In this document: one piece after another, positions 31,293 through 39,401 of the stretch | How the letters are laid out: every line of letters begins with the position of its first letter | How positions within the stretch are numbered: the first letter of the stretch is position 1 | From: Candidatus Hydrothermarchaeum profundi | GTDB taxonomy: Archaea > Hydrothermarchaeota > Hydrothermarchaeia > Hydrothermarchaeales > Hydrothermarchaeaceae | DNA length: 64,000 nt | Assembly (NCBI GenBank): GCA_002011125.2 | Contig: MTMF02000009.1 | Span: 96,001-160,000 of the forward strand | Direction of reading: 5' to 3' | Notes under the pieces: generated by a model | What the model was told of the DNA's origin: nothing | The model's input: only the letters and a program-made list of their open reading frames with translations | The model's database searches: none | Position numbers and translations under genes: made by a program

Positions 31293-32435
31293 CTACATCA
31301 GCTCCTCTATCTTCCAATGATAAAAGAGGTTTTCTCTCGGAATAGTGAGTTCCCGTATATCAACTTCTACTCCAACCAATTTTATGAACTTGTCAAATCC
31401 AAATCTATGGAGAAACTCTCCCATACGTTCTTTAGGCATAGCATTCTCATCATAGACTTCTACAACTCTCTCTATAACATCCAAAATTTCCTTGAATTTA
31501 GGAGGAGAAGACTTAATGAACGGAACAAGGACCTTAGCCAATGTAGGGCCATATTTACTCCTGAACTTACCTCCAACCAGGATGGATGCCCCTCGATCTT
31601 CTCCAGGACTAATCGCAGGACACTGATTTATGCAATACATGCAATGAACACAGGCTTCTGAATCTATTGTAAGCTCATTTCCATCCCAACTCATAGCCCA
31701 GGTGGGGCACTTAGAGCAAATATAGTTAATGTCCCCGCCATTTTCAACCCAGCTCACTAATTTTTCCTGATCTACTAATGGCGCATCTCTAAAAGTTCCA
31801 CACACAAAGATCTCGCTTTTGTGGATTCCAAGCACACAATCATTTGGACAGCCCGCTGCTTTGGTTTTTATCTTATGAGGAAACCTAGGATACTGCATAT
31901 CATCTAACAAGTGCTTTGTGAATGCATTTCTAAATCCAATGGTATCGAACAACGCTACGTCACATCTCGCAGGACCAATACAAGCTTTAACCGTTCGAAG
32001 AGTGACATCCGTAGAGCCTACATCCAGACCAATTTTTTCCACTTCTTTTACGAGATCAGGAATCTTGTCATGCGGTACTTCGATAAGCTCTATATCGCTT
32101 GTAGTTGCAAATAGATGAATAAGGCTCCCACTATATTTTTCAGCGATTCTACATAGCTCTCGGCACATTTTCGTGGTGAAAAAAAGTCCTGGTGGAGGGA
32201 ATATGCGTACAACACTTGATTCCTTTATTATATCAGGTCTTTTGGATGCCCGGGCAATTATACCACTAGGTACTCCGAATATTGAAATGTACCCGCCTCC
32301 CCGCCACTGGCTAACTTTGTTCTGTAAGGCTTCTTCATACATCATTATAGAATACTGTGATTTCTTTAACTCCGATGCATGACTGGGCCATGGTCCTTTA
32401 CAAAGCTCGTCTACAAGAGGAGTATTTAATGTCAT
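31293..32435 (-). CDS. dsrA: Dissimilatory-type sulfite reductase alpha subunit (short, early-branching type)
   Basis: TPL.DEL.KGPWPS, CIGPARC...FPHKIKTK.AGCPNDC, CVHCMYCINQCP, ERMGE. Confidence 0.88.
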   Translation of the reverse strand: MTLNTPLVDELCKGPWPSHASELKKSQYSIMMYEEALQNKVSQWRGGGYISIFGVPSGIIARASKRPDIIKESSVVRIFPPPGLFFTTKMCRELCRIAEKYSGSLIHLFATTSDIELIEVPHDKIPDLVKEVEKIGLDVGSTDVTLRTVKACIGPARCDVALFDTIGFRNAFTKHLLDDMQYPRFPHKIKTKAAGCPNDCVLGIHKSEIFVCGTFRDAPLVDQEKLVSWVENGGDINYICSKCPTWAMSWDGNELTIDSEACVHCMYCINQCPAISPGEDRGASILVGGKFRSKYGPTLAKVLVPFIKSSPPKFKEILDVIERVVEVYDENAMPKERMGEFLHRFGFDKFIKLVGVEVDIRELTIPRENLFYHWKIEELM

Positions 32436-32590
32436 AATTCTTTCTCGACTTATTTACTCATTAATTTTTTAATAAAAATATATCTGCTTTAAATTAAATA
32501 TAAATAAAGTAAAATCGCTTTAAATTAAAATAGGTCTGTGCAGATTTTTTCACATCTGAATAAAAAGTAGCGTTTTTTAAACAGACTTTC

Positions 32591-33292
32591 TTATTTACCT
32601 CTAAAAAAAGCCTTATCTACATTGCAACTGATGATCTTAACCAGCTTTTTCATATCATCATCGCTTAAAACTCTCGAATTCCTAAGGCCCCTGTCCATAG
32701 CAAATCTCGGCTGGAATTTCTGTAATACGTAAAGTTTAGCTCCTTTTATATCCCTCGAAATTTGCTCTATGTCCCTAAAAGTATGTAAAGACGGAACTAC
32801 AGTCGTCCTAAACTCGTACTCTACTCCACTATTCTTTATTAAATTTACACTCTCTCTAATCTTATCAACTTCGCATCGCACTCCACTGACTTCAGAATAC
32901 TGCTCTTCATTTAAGGGAGCTTTTATGTCCATAGCAATATAGTCCACAAGGTCTTTTTCCAAAAGCCTTCTAACAACTGTAGGGTTAGTGCCATTCGTAT
33001 CGAGTTTTATCTTTATCCCCAGCTTCTTCACTCTCTCGCAAAACTTATCTAGTCCTTTTTGTAATGTTGGCTCACCGCCTGTAATACAAACTCCATCTAT
33101 AAAGTCATTATGCTTAGTGAGAAAATCAAAAATTTCCTCTTCTTTAACATCTTCATACTGCTCAGGGTTAAGAACTAACCCATGATTATGGCAAAAAGGA
33201 CATCGTAGGTTACATCCCGGAGTAAAGACTGTGCATGCTACCTTTCCATCCCAATCTAGGAAAGTTGTATCGATAAATCCTTTAATTTGCAT
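32591..33292 (-). CDS. nrdG: Anaerobic RNR activating enzyme (radical SAM)
   Basis: CNLRCPFCHN, TGGEPT, LDTNG, EFRTT. Confidence 0.92.
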   Translation of the reverse strand: MQIKGFIDTTFLDWDGKVACTVFTPGCNLRCPFCHNHGLVLNPEQYEDVKEEEIFDFLTKHNDFIDGVCITGGEPTLQKGLDKFCERVKKLGIKIKLDTNGTNPTVVRRLLEKDLVDYIAMDIKAPLNEEQYSEVSGVRCEVDKIRESVNLIKNSGVEYEFRTTVVPSLHTFRDIEQISRDIKGAKLYVLQKFQPRFAMDRGLRNSRVLSDDDMKKLVKIISCNVDKAFFRGK

Positions 33293-33528
33293 ATCTCATT
33301 CCTGTCCGGTATCTCTCCTCTCCAAGAGCGAAGCTCATTATCATCATCATCAACTATAATTGTAGTAGGAGTTGAAAGCACGCTATAAAATGCTGCTTCT
33401 GCCATTCCATCCACGTCTTCAATGTTAAAGTACTCAACCGCGATTCCATCTTTCTCTAAACTTTTACAGATTTCTTTCGTAGGGGGACATTTAGAGCAAT
33501 TTTCTTGCCAGAATAGCTTGACTTTCAT
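33256..33528 (-). CDS. nrdH: NrdH-like thioredoxin/glutaredoxin
   Basis: CSKC redox motif, cis-Pro motif STPT; lies between nrdD and nrdG. Confidence 0.8.
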   Translation of the reverse strand: MKVKLFWQENCSKCPPTKEICKSLEKDGIAVEYFNIEDVDGMAEAAFYSVLSTPTTIIVDDDDNELRSWRGEIPDRNEICKLKDLSIQLS

Positions 33529-33546
33529 TTCAGTTACCTCCGAACT

Positions 33547-33578
33547 AAAAAATTTGAGGGACCTCTCCTCCTCTCAAA
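33547..33578 (-). terminator. Hairpin plus U-tract inside the nrd operon
   Basis: Minus-strand RNA UUUGAGAGGA-GGAGAGG-UCCCUCAAA followed by UUUUUU. Confidence 0.5.
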
Positions 33579-33590
33579 ACGCGGGGTTAC

Positions 33591-33740
33591 TTAGTTGGCG
33601 AAATGCCATCTATCCCTCGCCATCCGGTCCCTCAGTTCTCCTATTTTTCCCTTATTCCAACCTTCTACTTTTGAGAAAAACCCTGTCACTCTCGTGATGT
33701 GTTCTACGTTTTCTGAGCCACAGCATGGACATCTATCCAT
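33591..33740 (-). CDS. Stand-alone glycyl-radical/Zn half-site peptide of class III RNR (49 aa)
   Basis: MDRCPCCGSENVEHITRVTGFFSKVEGWNKGKIGELRDR...; RVTGF glycyl-radical motif; perfect SD AGGAGGTGA at 33746-33754. Confidence 0.88.
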   Translation of the reverse strand: MDRCPCCGSENVEHITRVTGFFSKVEGWNKGKIGELRDRMARDRWHFAN

Positions 33741-33756
33741 CTTTTTCACCTCCTTT

Positions 33757-35697
33757 TTATAGTCCTCTTGTTGTACGCCCACAATCCAGGCAGCTTGTAA
33801 ACTCGGGGCTAAATGCGATTTGATCGTTTTGAGTATTTTTGAATGTTTTAACTACAAAACTCGCTATTCCGCCTGGATCAGGCCTCGCTTCACCAATCCA
33901 TATATGGGAGAGCGATCCTGCTTCTATTAATGGGTGAAACATTCCTTCTTTTTTAACTCTCTCAATCGGGCTTAGAGGCACTCCAACGTTAAGATAAGTC
34001 GAATTAGTATAATAAATTTCATTTTTTTCAACAATCCCTTTAACTACCGTAAGCGCTTCGTCTCTGTAATGCTCCAAATCTAGTTTGGCCATTCTATAAG
34101 CAGTACTTTCCGCGGGAGTTTGCTCTAGAACAAATCTAAGTCCATATTTCTCCCCAAGTCTTTCTGCCTCTTTTTTCATGAAAGCAATCACTCTTAGACC
34201 AAATTTCAAGGCTTGATTTGACTCATGCATCTCCTCTCCAGTATGGTATTGTACGAGCTCGTTTAAACCCACCATCCCAAAGAGGAAAGTTGCTCTGTGC
34301 AATCTATAATATGGTTCTCCATCTCTATTCATAGAGAGCAAGCTTAGGGGGCCCTGATTTTTCATGTCCAATAATTTCTTAATAAAGTTCCTCTTGTAGA
34401 CATGTGCTCTAGCCATAAGCTCCATTCTTTCAGTTATTATCTCGAAGAGCCTCTCATCACTTCCGCCCGCTTCATACGCCACTCTCGGGAGGTTGAGGGT
34501 TACATTTTGCATGGCTGAATAGCGCATCTTCCATGGAGTTTTTGCATCCTCAAAATCTGATTTCTCAAGCTTAAAGGAAAGCCGGCAGCACTCACTTATC
34601 TTTGCTGTTTCACCCCGGTCGAATACGTAATAAGTGTTACCTTTATCAGAAGAAACATCAGAGATTAGGTAAAGGAAATCCTCGTATCCTTCCGTTTTGA
34701 ATAATCTCTCTGTTATGTGTACCTGAGGTTTGGGGAAAAAGAAGGGTCTTCCAAGGCCATCACCTTCTTTGTATACTTTGAAAAGCGCTATAGCAAATTT
34801 CTGAGATTCTTCGATATAATCCTCATAGTTATTCCCCGTAAATTTTCCTCCAGGACCTATAGCAGGAACTCCAATAAAGTGTTTTGGTATTTCCCAATAT
34901 ATATTCAAATCAGAGAATATAGACTGCCCCCCACGAGCCACGCTTTGCTGAGCAAACTCAAAGATAAGCATCTGTGCTAACTGTTCTAGTTTCTCATTAT
35001 CCACTCCTACAAGATAAGGTGCAAAAAATAGGTTTACTGCGTCCCATCCGATAGCTCCCGCAAAATTGCCTTGAAGTGCTGCAGAAAACTTTATCATTTG
35101 CCCTATTAGAACTTCAGGATGTTTAGCTGGCTTTGATATAGATATTGCGTTAGGGAGGCTTAAACCAAACTTTTTTACATATTCTAGCGAGTTTCCAGAA
35201 CAGTATGGCCTATCTATCATTCCTAAATCATGTAAATGGAAATCCCCTTTCTCATGAGCTACAGCAATTTCTGGAGGAAATATTTTTAAAAGTGCATATT
35301 GCTTCTTTATTGACTCTGCCAAGGTTAGATTCGTAGCTTCAGGGCCATGAGGTACATTGGCGTTTTCTCTATTTCGTGATATAAGCATTTGATCTACATC
35401 ATATATTGGTAACCCTAACCGGGTATGCTGTTTTCTCTCCTCTTCCAATCCATATTCTATGAGTTTCCCATTTACAACTTCACGTATTAGAGGAGCCGTG
35501 ATAAACTTTATCTTAGATTTAATTATGGTTTCTTCGACTTCCTTACTTATTTTTTCAGCAAGTTCGGGGGATATGGTGGTTTCTCTAAGAAGTGCTTCCA
35601 CTATACTTTTTCTGTCCCATTTAACTACATCCTCTCTTGAAACCTTAACAAAGAGGGCAGCATCGGTTGAATCGTTTGAAACTATCATTCCAATCAC
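33757..35697 (-). CDS. nrdD: Class III (anaerobic) ribonucleoside-triphosphate reductase, catalytic barrel lacking the glycyl-radical tail
   Basis: ATP cone, HLHDL, RPYC, SECCRL finger loop, EQTPAESTAYR, YYTNS; ends at CLDCGRTTRGL-stop. Confidence 0.92.
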   Translation of the reverse strand: MIGMIVSNDSTDAALFVKVSREDVVKWDRKSIVEALLRETTISPELAEKISKEVEETIIKSKIKFITAPLIREVVNGKLIEYGLEEERKQHTRLGLPIYDVDQMLISRNRENANVPHGPEATNLTLAESIKKQYALLKIFPPEIAVAHEKGDFHLHDLGMIDRPYCSGNSLEYVKKFGLSLPNAISISKPAKHPEVLIGQMIKFSAALQGNFAGAIGWDAVNLFFAPYLVGVDNEKLEQLAQMLIFEFAQQSVARGGQSIFSDLNIYWEIPKHFIGVPAIGPGGKFTGNNYEDYIEESQKFAIALFKVYKEGDGLGRPFFFPKPQVHITERLFKTEGYEDFLYLISDVSSDKGNTYYVFDRGETAKISECCRLSFKLEKSDFEDAKTPWKMRYSAMQNVTLNLPRVAYEAGGSDERLFEIITERMELMARAHVYKRNFIKKLLDMKNQGPLSLLSMNRDGEPYYRLHRATFLFGMVGLNELVQYHTGEEMHESNQALKFGLRVIAFMKKEAERLGEKYGLRFVLEQTPAESTAYRMAKLDLEHYRDEALTVVKGIVEKNEIYYTNSTYLNVGVPLSPIERVKKEGMFHPLIEAGSLSHIWIGEARPDPGGIASFVVKTFKNTQNDQIAFSPEFTSCLDCGRTTRGL

Positions 35698-35904
35698 TTC
35701 GGTATTCTAACAAAATATCATTTATGTGTTAATGTAATAAACAAATTTTGATTATATAAGCTTTTCTATGTGATGATGTTAACATATTACTGCATATTTA
35801 TTTATAAAATTAACTAAATTTCCTTGGAAGTAAAATACTATTTTTAAAAATAGTTTGAAAGTCTAACATATGAGCTACCCAAAAACACATTTAATAAAAA
35901 ATTT

Positions 35905-36618
35905 TTATTCTCCTTCCAACTTATACTTCAAAAAAAGTTCTTTTAACCGAGGTATCAACTCACAATTCTTTTTAATGTACAATACATATCGGGGGTGATA
36001 GATATTTCTCTCTCTATCCCGCATTATAAAAGGTTCAAAAGGAAAAGTTAAATGGGCTTCTTTTACTTCTTTATCTTCGCCTATATCAATCATTTTAAAA
36101 GACACATCTTCTTTAATATCGCAATAAATAGGAGGAACTACTTTTTCTTTTCCCTTGGTGCTAGCAATTTTGGGGGCTGCTTCTTCATCCCAAGCTTTCT
36201 TAAACTCGGGCCTAAGTATAAAATAGATTTTTTTAGTCTTAGAACTCTCTATGGCTGGCTTTAAAAGTTTTTCATACATCTCAGGTCTCCTAAATCCAAG
36301 GGGAGTATTGAACCACCACATCTCCCCCCTATTTCTAAGAGCAAATTCTTCGCCTTCTTTCAGTAAATCTGATGGCCCAATCAGTTCAATTTCCAGCTCT
36401 TTGCCTAGTCGCTCTTCAATTCTTAACAATTTTTTAGATTCTTCTTCATCTCTTACAGCCTGATGAAGAGCATGCAATGCTAGTAATAGCAAGATAAGGG
36501 ATATAAGATATTTTTCAGGTAGCATTCCTACGTGATGTAGGATTATCCCTAAAAAACTAGCTGCCACTAAAATAAGTACATCCAGATTCTTTTCTAGATT
36601 AGAAAGCCATTTTATCAT
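35905..36618 (-). CDS. Hypothetical protein, two N-terminal TM helices plus soluble domain
   Basis: 237-aa ORF with host-like composition; no family recognised. Confidence 0.6.
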   Translation of the reverse strand: MIKWLSNLEKNLDVLILVAASFLGIILHHVGMLPEKYLISLILLLLALHALHQAVRDEEESKKLLRIEERLGKELEIELIGPSDLLKEGEEFALRNRGEMWWFNTPLGFRRPEMYEKLLKPAIESSKTKKIYFILRPEFKKAWDEEAAPKIASTKGKEKVVPPIYCDIKEDVSFKMIDIGEDKEVKEAHLTFPFEPFIMRDRERNIYHPRYVLYIKKNCELIPRLKELFLKYKLEGE

Positions 36619-36666
36619 ACTATGAGTATTGTTTCCCTTTACATAAATATGATTACATAAAATCCA

Positions 36667-37341
36667 CTAAAACATTAGGGACAACCATTTTGTAAAGAAG
36701 TCTGTGGAGCTTTCCTTTATATAAGTCAAATGCTCCGAGGTCTTAGATAGCCCTCTTACTCTAATTCCACTTTTATCACTCCAAGCATTTATCATCTCAT
36801 CTGTCATTTCTAAATGAAATTGAAGCGCATAAATGTTGCCTACCTTAAATGCCTGATTTTTATATAGAGTTGACGTTGCAAGCCGTATTGCTTTTTTAGG
36901 CAGATCAAAAGTATCACCGTGCCATTGAAATACTGGAAAACTTTGATGAAAACTACGAAAGAGAAAATCTTTTTGGCCTTCTTTCGTTAGTCTAACTCGA
37001 TACCACCCTATTTCTTTTTTATGCCCGGCATAGACTTTCGCCCCAAATGCTTTAGCAATAAGCTGGCACCCTAGACAAATACCAAGTAAAGGTTTACCTT
37101 GTAAAAAAGCTTCTTTAATTATCGAAATCTCTTCTTTCAAAAAAGGATATTTTTTATCATCATACACCCCCATAGGTCCCCCCAGAATGAGTATACCTCT
37201 ATAATTATCAAGAGAGGGGATCTTCTCTCCTTTGAATATTTTTACATAGCGATAATTAAAACCTTCATCTACTATTATGTCTTCCAGTATACCCAGAGTT
37301 TCTCCATTAGCATTTTGAAGAGCTAGAATCTTATAAGCCAC
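36667..37341 (-). CDS. Type 1 glutamine amidotransferase-like protein
   Basis: GGPM, GICLGCQ, WHGD, QFHLE. Confidence 0.88.
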   Translation of the reverse strand: MAYKILALQNANGETLGILEDIIVDEGFNYRYVKIFKGEKIPSLDNYRGILILGGPMGVYDDKKYPFLKEEISIIKEAFLQGKPLLGICLGCQLIAKAFGAKVYAGHKKEIGWYRVRLTKEGQKDFLFRSFHQSFPVFQWHGDTFDLPKKAIRLATSTLYKNQAFKVGNIYALQFHLEMTDEMINAWSDKSGIRVRGLSKTSEHLTYIKESSTDFFTKWLSLMF

Positions 37342-37403
37342 TTCTAACCCTCTATAACCTACAACTTGGAACCGTTTGCGGAAAAACAGCGGTATGAGTA
37401 AGC

Positions 37404-37685
37404 TTATTTCTTTTTTAACAGCTCGTTGAGTTGCTTTTCTTGGACATATCCTTCAACTTTTATATCGACGTTTTCTATACCTTTGATCTCTTTTATCTTC
37501 TCTTTAATAGCAAAAGCAAGCTGTGTACCCAACGGGCAGTAGGGGCTTGAGGGAATGAAAGTTAAACTGACATTACCATCTTTGACGGAGAGGTCCTTTA
37601 TTAATCCCATATCATAAACATTCATATTGGTATGTGGGTCCATAACCTTTTTGAGACTTTGAATAACTTCATCCTCAGAAACCAT
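37404..37685 (-). CDS. DUF59/SufT-like metal-sulfur cluster assembly factor
   Basis: LKKVMDP...NVYDMGLI, SPYCPL. Confidence 0.85.
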   Translation of the reverse strand: MVSEDEVIQSLKKVMDPHTNMNVYDMGLIKDLSVKDGNVSLTFIPSSPYCPLGTQLAFAIKEKIKEIKGIENVDIKVEGYVQEKQLNELLKKK

Positions 37686-37694
37686 ATTGTCACC

Positions 37695-37919
37695 TCACTT
37701 TTTTTTAAGTTCTTTTAACTTTTCTTCTCCTACGCATTTCTCTGCAAATGAGCACCACTGAACACATGAACTAAGATCCCGGTATACAACTCCCCCACAT
37801 TCACATTCAGCTTTTGTCTCGTCAGTAAAGATCTCAACATCCTTGCCGCATTTTGGACAAGGCAACAATTCTATAGTTGGCCTCAATACACCAGAACTGC
37901 CTGGACATCTCATCTCCAT
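37695..37919 (-). CDS. Small Cys-rich (Zn/Fe-S) protein
   Basis: CPG...CPKCG..VEIF.DE....C.CG...CVQWC..A..C; 8 Cys in 74 aa. Confidence 0.75.
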   Translation of the reverse strand: MEMRCPGSSGVLRPTIELLPCPKCGKDVEIFTDETKAECECGGVVYRDLSSCVQWCSFAEKCVGEEKLKELKKK

Positions 37920-38100
37920 TTTTATCCCCTATATTTATCCATTACTCCTAAGATTTATTTTTGGCTAAATAGATTTTTAATTAATAAGATTTAGTTAACA
38001 TATATAAAGTTAATTGCTATAAAATATAATGATTAATTAGATATGTATTTGTTTTAAAAGAAAAAGATTTATAAAGTAGAATAATATATAGGCTATAAAT

Positions 38101-38679
38101 ATGCTAAAAGAAAAACCTGATTTCGATAAAAAAGATAGACAAATATTATCGCTTTTTAGAGAGAATCCTGAAATTTCACAGAGCGAAATTGCCGAGAAAA
38201 TAGGTATTTCTCAGCCATCTGTAGGGGTTAGGTTGAAGAAATTAAGGAATAAGGGAGCTATTTCTCATGTTGTTGGGATGAATTTCAAACGAGTTGGGCT
38301 TTATTTAGCAAAAGTCGACCTTACAACAAAAGATACATCTAAAGTATTAAATTTCTTTAGAGACTGTCCTTATTTCCTAAATGGGCTAATAACCTCCGGA
38401 AAGTATAATTTATGCCTCTTTTTTATGAGCGAGGATATTATATCGCTGGAAGCAATAGTAGACGCTCATTTAAGGCAAAACCCAGATGTAACAGATATCG
38501 ACTTTAACATTGTTATAAGTCCTGTAAGTGACCTTGTATTTCCGGTAAGAATGAATTTTGAGAAAAAGTCTGTACCTCCCTGTGGTTATAAAAAAACCTG
38601 TGCAAAATGCTCATATTATACTCCTGAGCACTGCCTTGGTTGTCCAGTAACGGGCCATTATCGTGGGAAGTTGTGGTAA
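38101..38679 (+). CDS. Lrp/AsnC-family regulator with C-terminal four-Cys cluster motif
   Basis: DKKDRQIL...SQSEIAEKIGISQPSV HTH, RAM-like domain, tail C-x5-CxxC-x7-CLGCP. Confidence 0.85.
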   Translation: MLKEKPDFDKKDRQILSLFRENPEISQSEIAEKIGISQPSVGVRLKKLRNKGAISHVVGMNFKRVGLYLAKVDLTTKDTSKVLNFFRDCPYFLNGLITSGKYNLCLFFMSEDIISLEAIVDAHLRQNPDVTDIDFNIVISPVSDLVFPVRMNFEKKSVPPCGYKKTCAKCSYYTPEHCLGCPVTGHYRGKLW

Positions 38680-38736
38680 AAAAAGGGGAGAGGACTCCTC
38701 AAGGAAGGAGAGGAGGAGAGAATTTTCGGAGTCCCC
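38678..38736 (-). ncRNA. Candidate ~59-nt small RNA (stem with K-loop-like motif and pyrimidine-rich loop)
   Basis: TATATA box at 38761-38766, 24 nt upstream of GGGGACUCC; 9-bp stem with GGAGUCCUC; ends in U7; no credible ORF. Confidence 0.5.
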
Positions 38737-38870
38737 ATAATAAAACAATATTAGATAGCTTATATATTTTTCTGTTATAAAATATATGTAATATATCATA
38801 TTTGATTATAAAAAATTGTAAAATTGCCTAGAGAATTTATTTACTAAAATTTAGCATTATTAAAAAAGTT

Positions 38871-39392
38871 TTAAAACTCTATGCCCTCCTGAGCCTCAAT
38901 ACCTTTTTCATACGGATGCTTCACAAAACACATTTCTGTAACCAAATCAGCCTTCTCGATAAACTCTTTTGGTGCCCTTCTACCAGTTAACACTACGACA
39001 GTCTCCTCTGGGATTTCTTCAAGCAAGGCTAGAACCTCTTCTTTTTTAACGATATTAAAGTGGGCTGCGAGATTAATTTCATCTAATATCAAAAGTCTAG
39101 GTTTCATCTTCAGGATTTTTCTAGCAAATTTAAGTCCTTCCGAAGCAAGTTCAAAGTCTTTTGGTGACGGATTCCTAAAATCAATAAACTCCTTACGCCC
39201 AAACTGATAAATTTCGTATTCTGGAGCTAGTCTTTCTTTTATCTTATATTCACCTACAAATTTCCTACCTTTCATAAACTGGACTATTATGACTTTATAT
39301 CCATGCCCTACCGCCCTTAAGGCCATACCTAATGCATTGGTAGTTTTTCCTTCCCCTTCACCGGTATAAAGATAAATTAAGCCTCTTCTCAT
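38871..39392 (-). CDS. cobO: Cob(I)alamin adenosyltransferase (CobO/BtuR family)
   Basis: YTGEGEGKTT, QFMKG, ILDEI, VLTGR, ADLVTEM; directly downstream of nrdJ. Confidence 0.92.
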   Translation of the reverse strand: MRRGLIYLYTGEGEGKTTNALGMALRAVGHGYKVIIVQFMKGRKFVGEYKIKERLAPEYEIYQFGRKEFIDFRNPSPKDFELASEGLKFARKILKMKPRLLILDEINLAAHFNIVKKEEVLALLEEIPEETVVVLTGRRAPKEFIEKADLVTEMCFVKHPYEKGIEAQEGIEF

Positions 39393-39401
39393 ATTCAAGC
39401 C

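Noticed and set aside
33591-33782. ORF-track 63-aa version of the NrdD tail, or a simple frameshifted nrdD pseudogene
   Set aside because: The upstream GTG lies inside nrdD. A perfect SD points to ATG 33740, and stop plus SD plus ATG indicates a deliberate split rather than a one-base slip
38658-38738. 26-codon leaderless ORF starting at the candidate sRNA 5' end, or a SECIS/riboswitch reading
   Set aside because: The peptide is low-complexity and runs through a U7 terminator into the antisense of the Lrp gene; no in-frame UGA selenoprotein is evident nearby; the element is too short and wrongly placed for a cobalamin riboswitch
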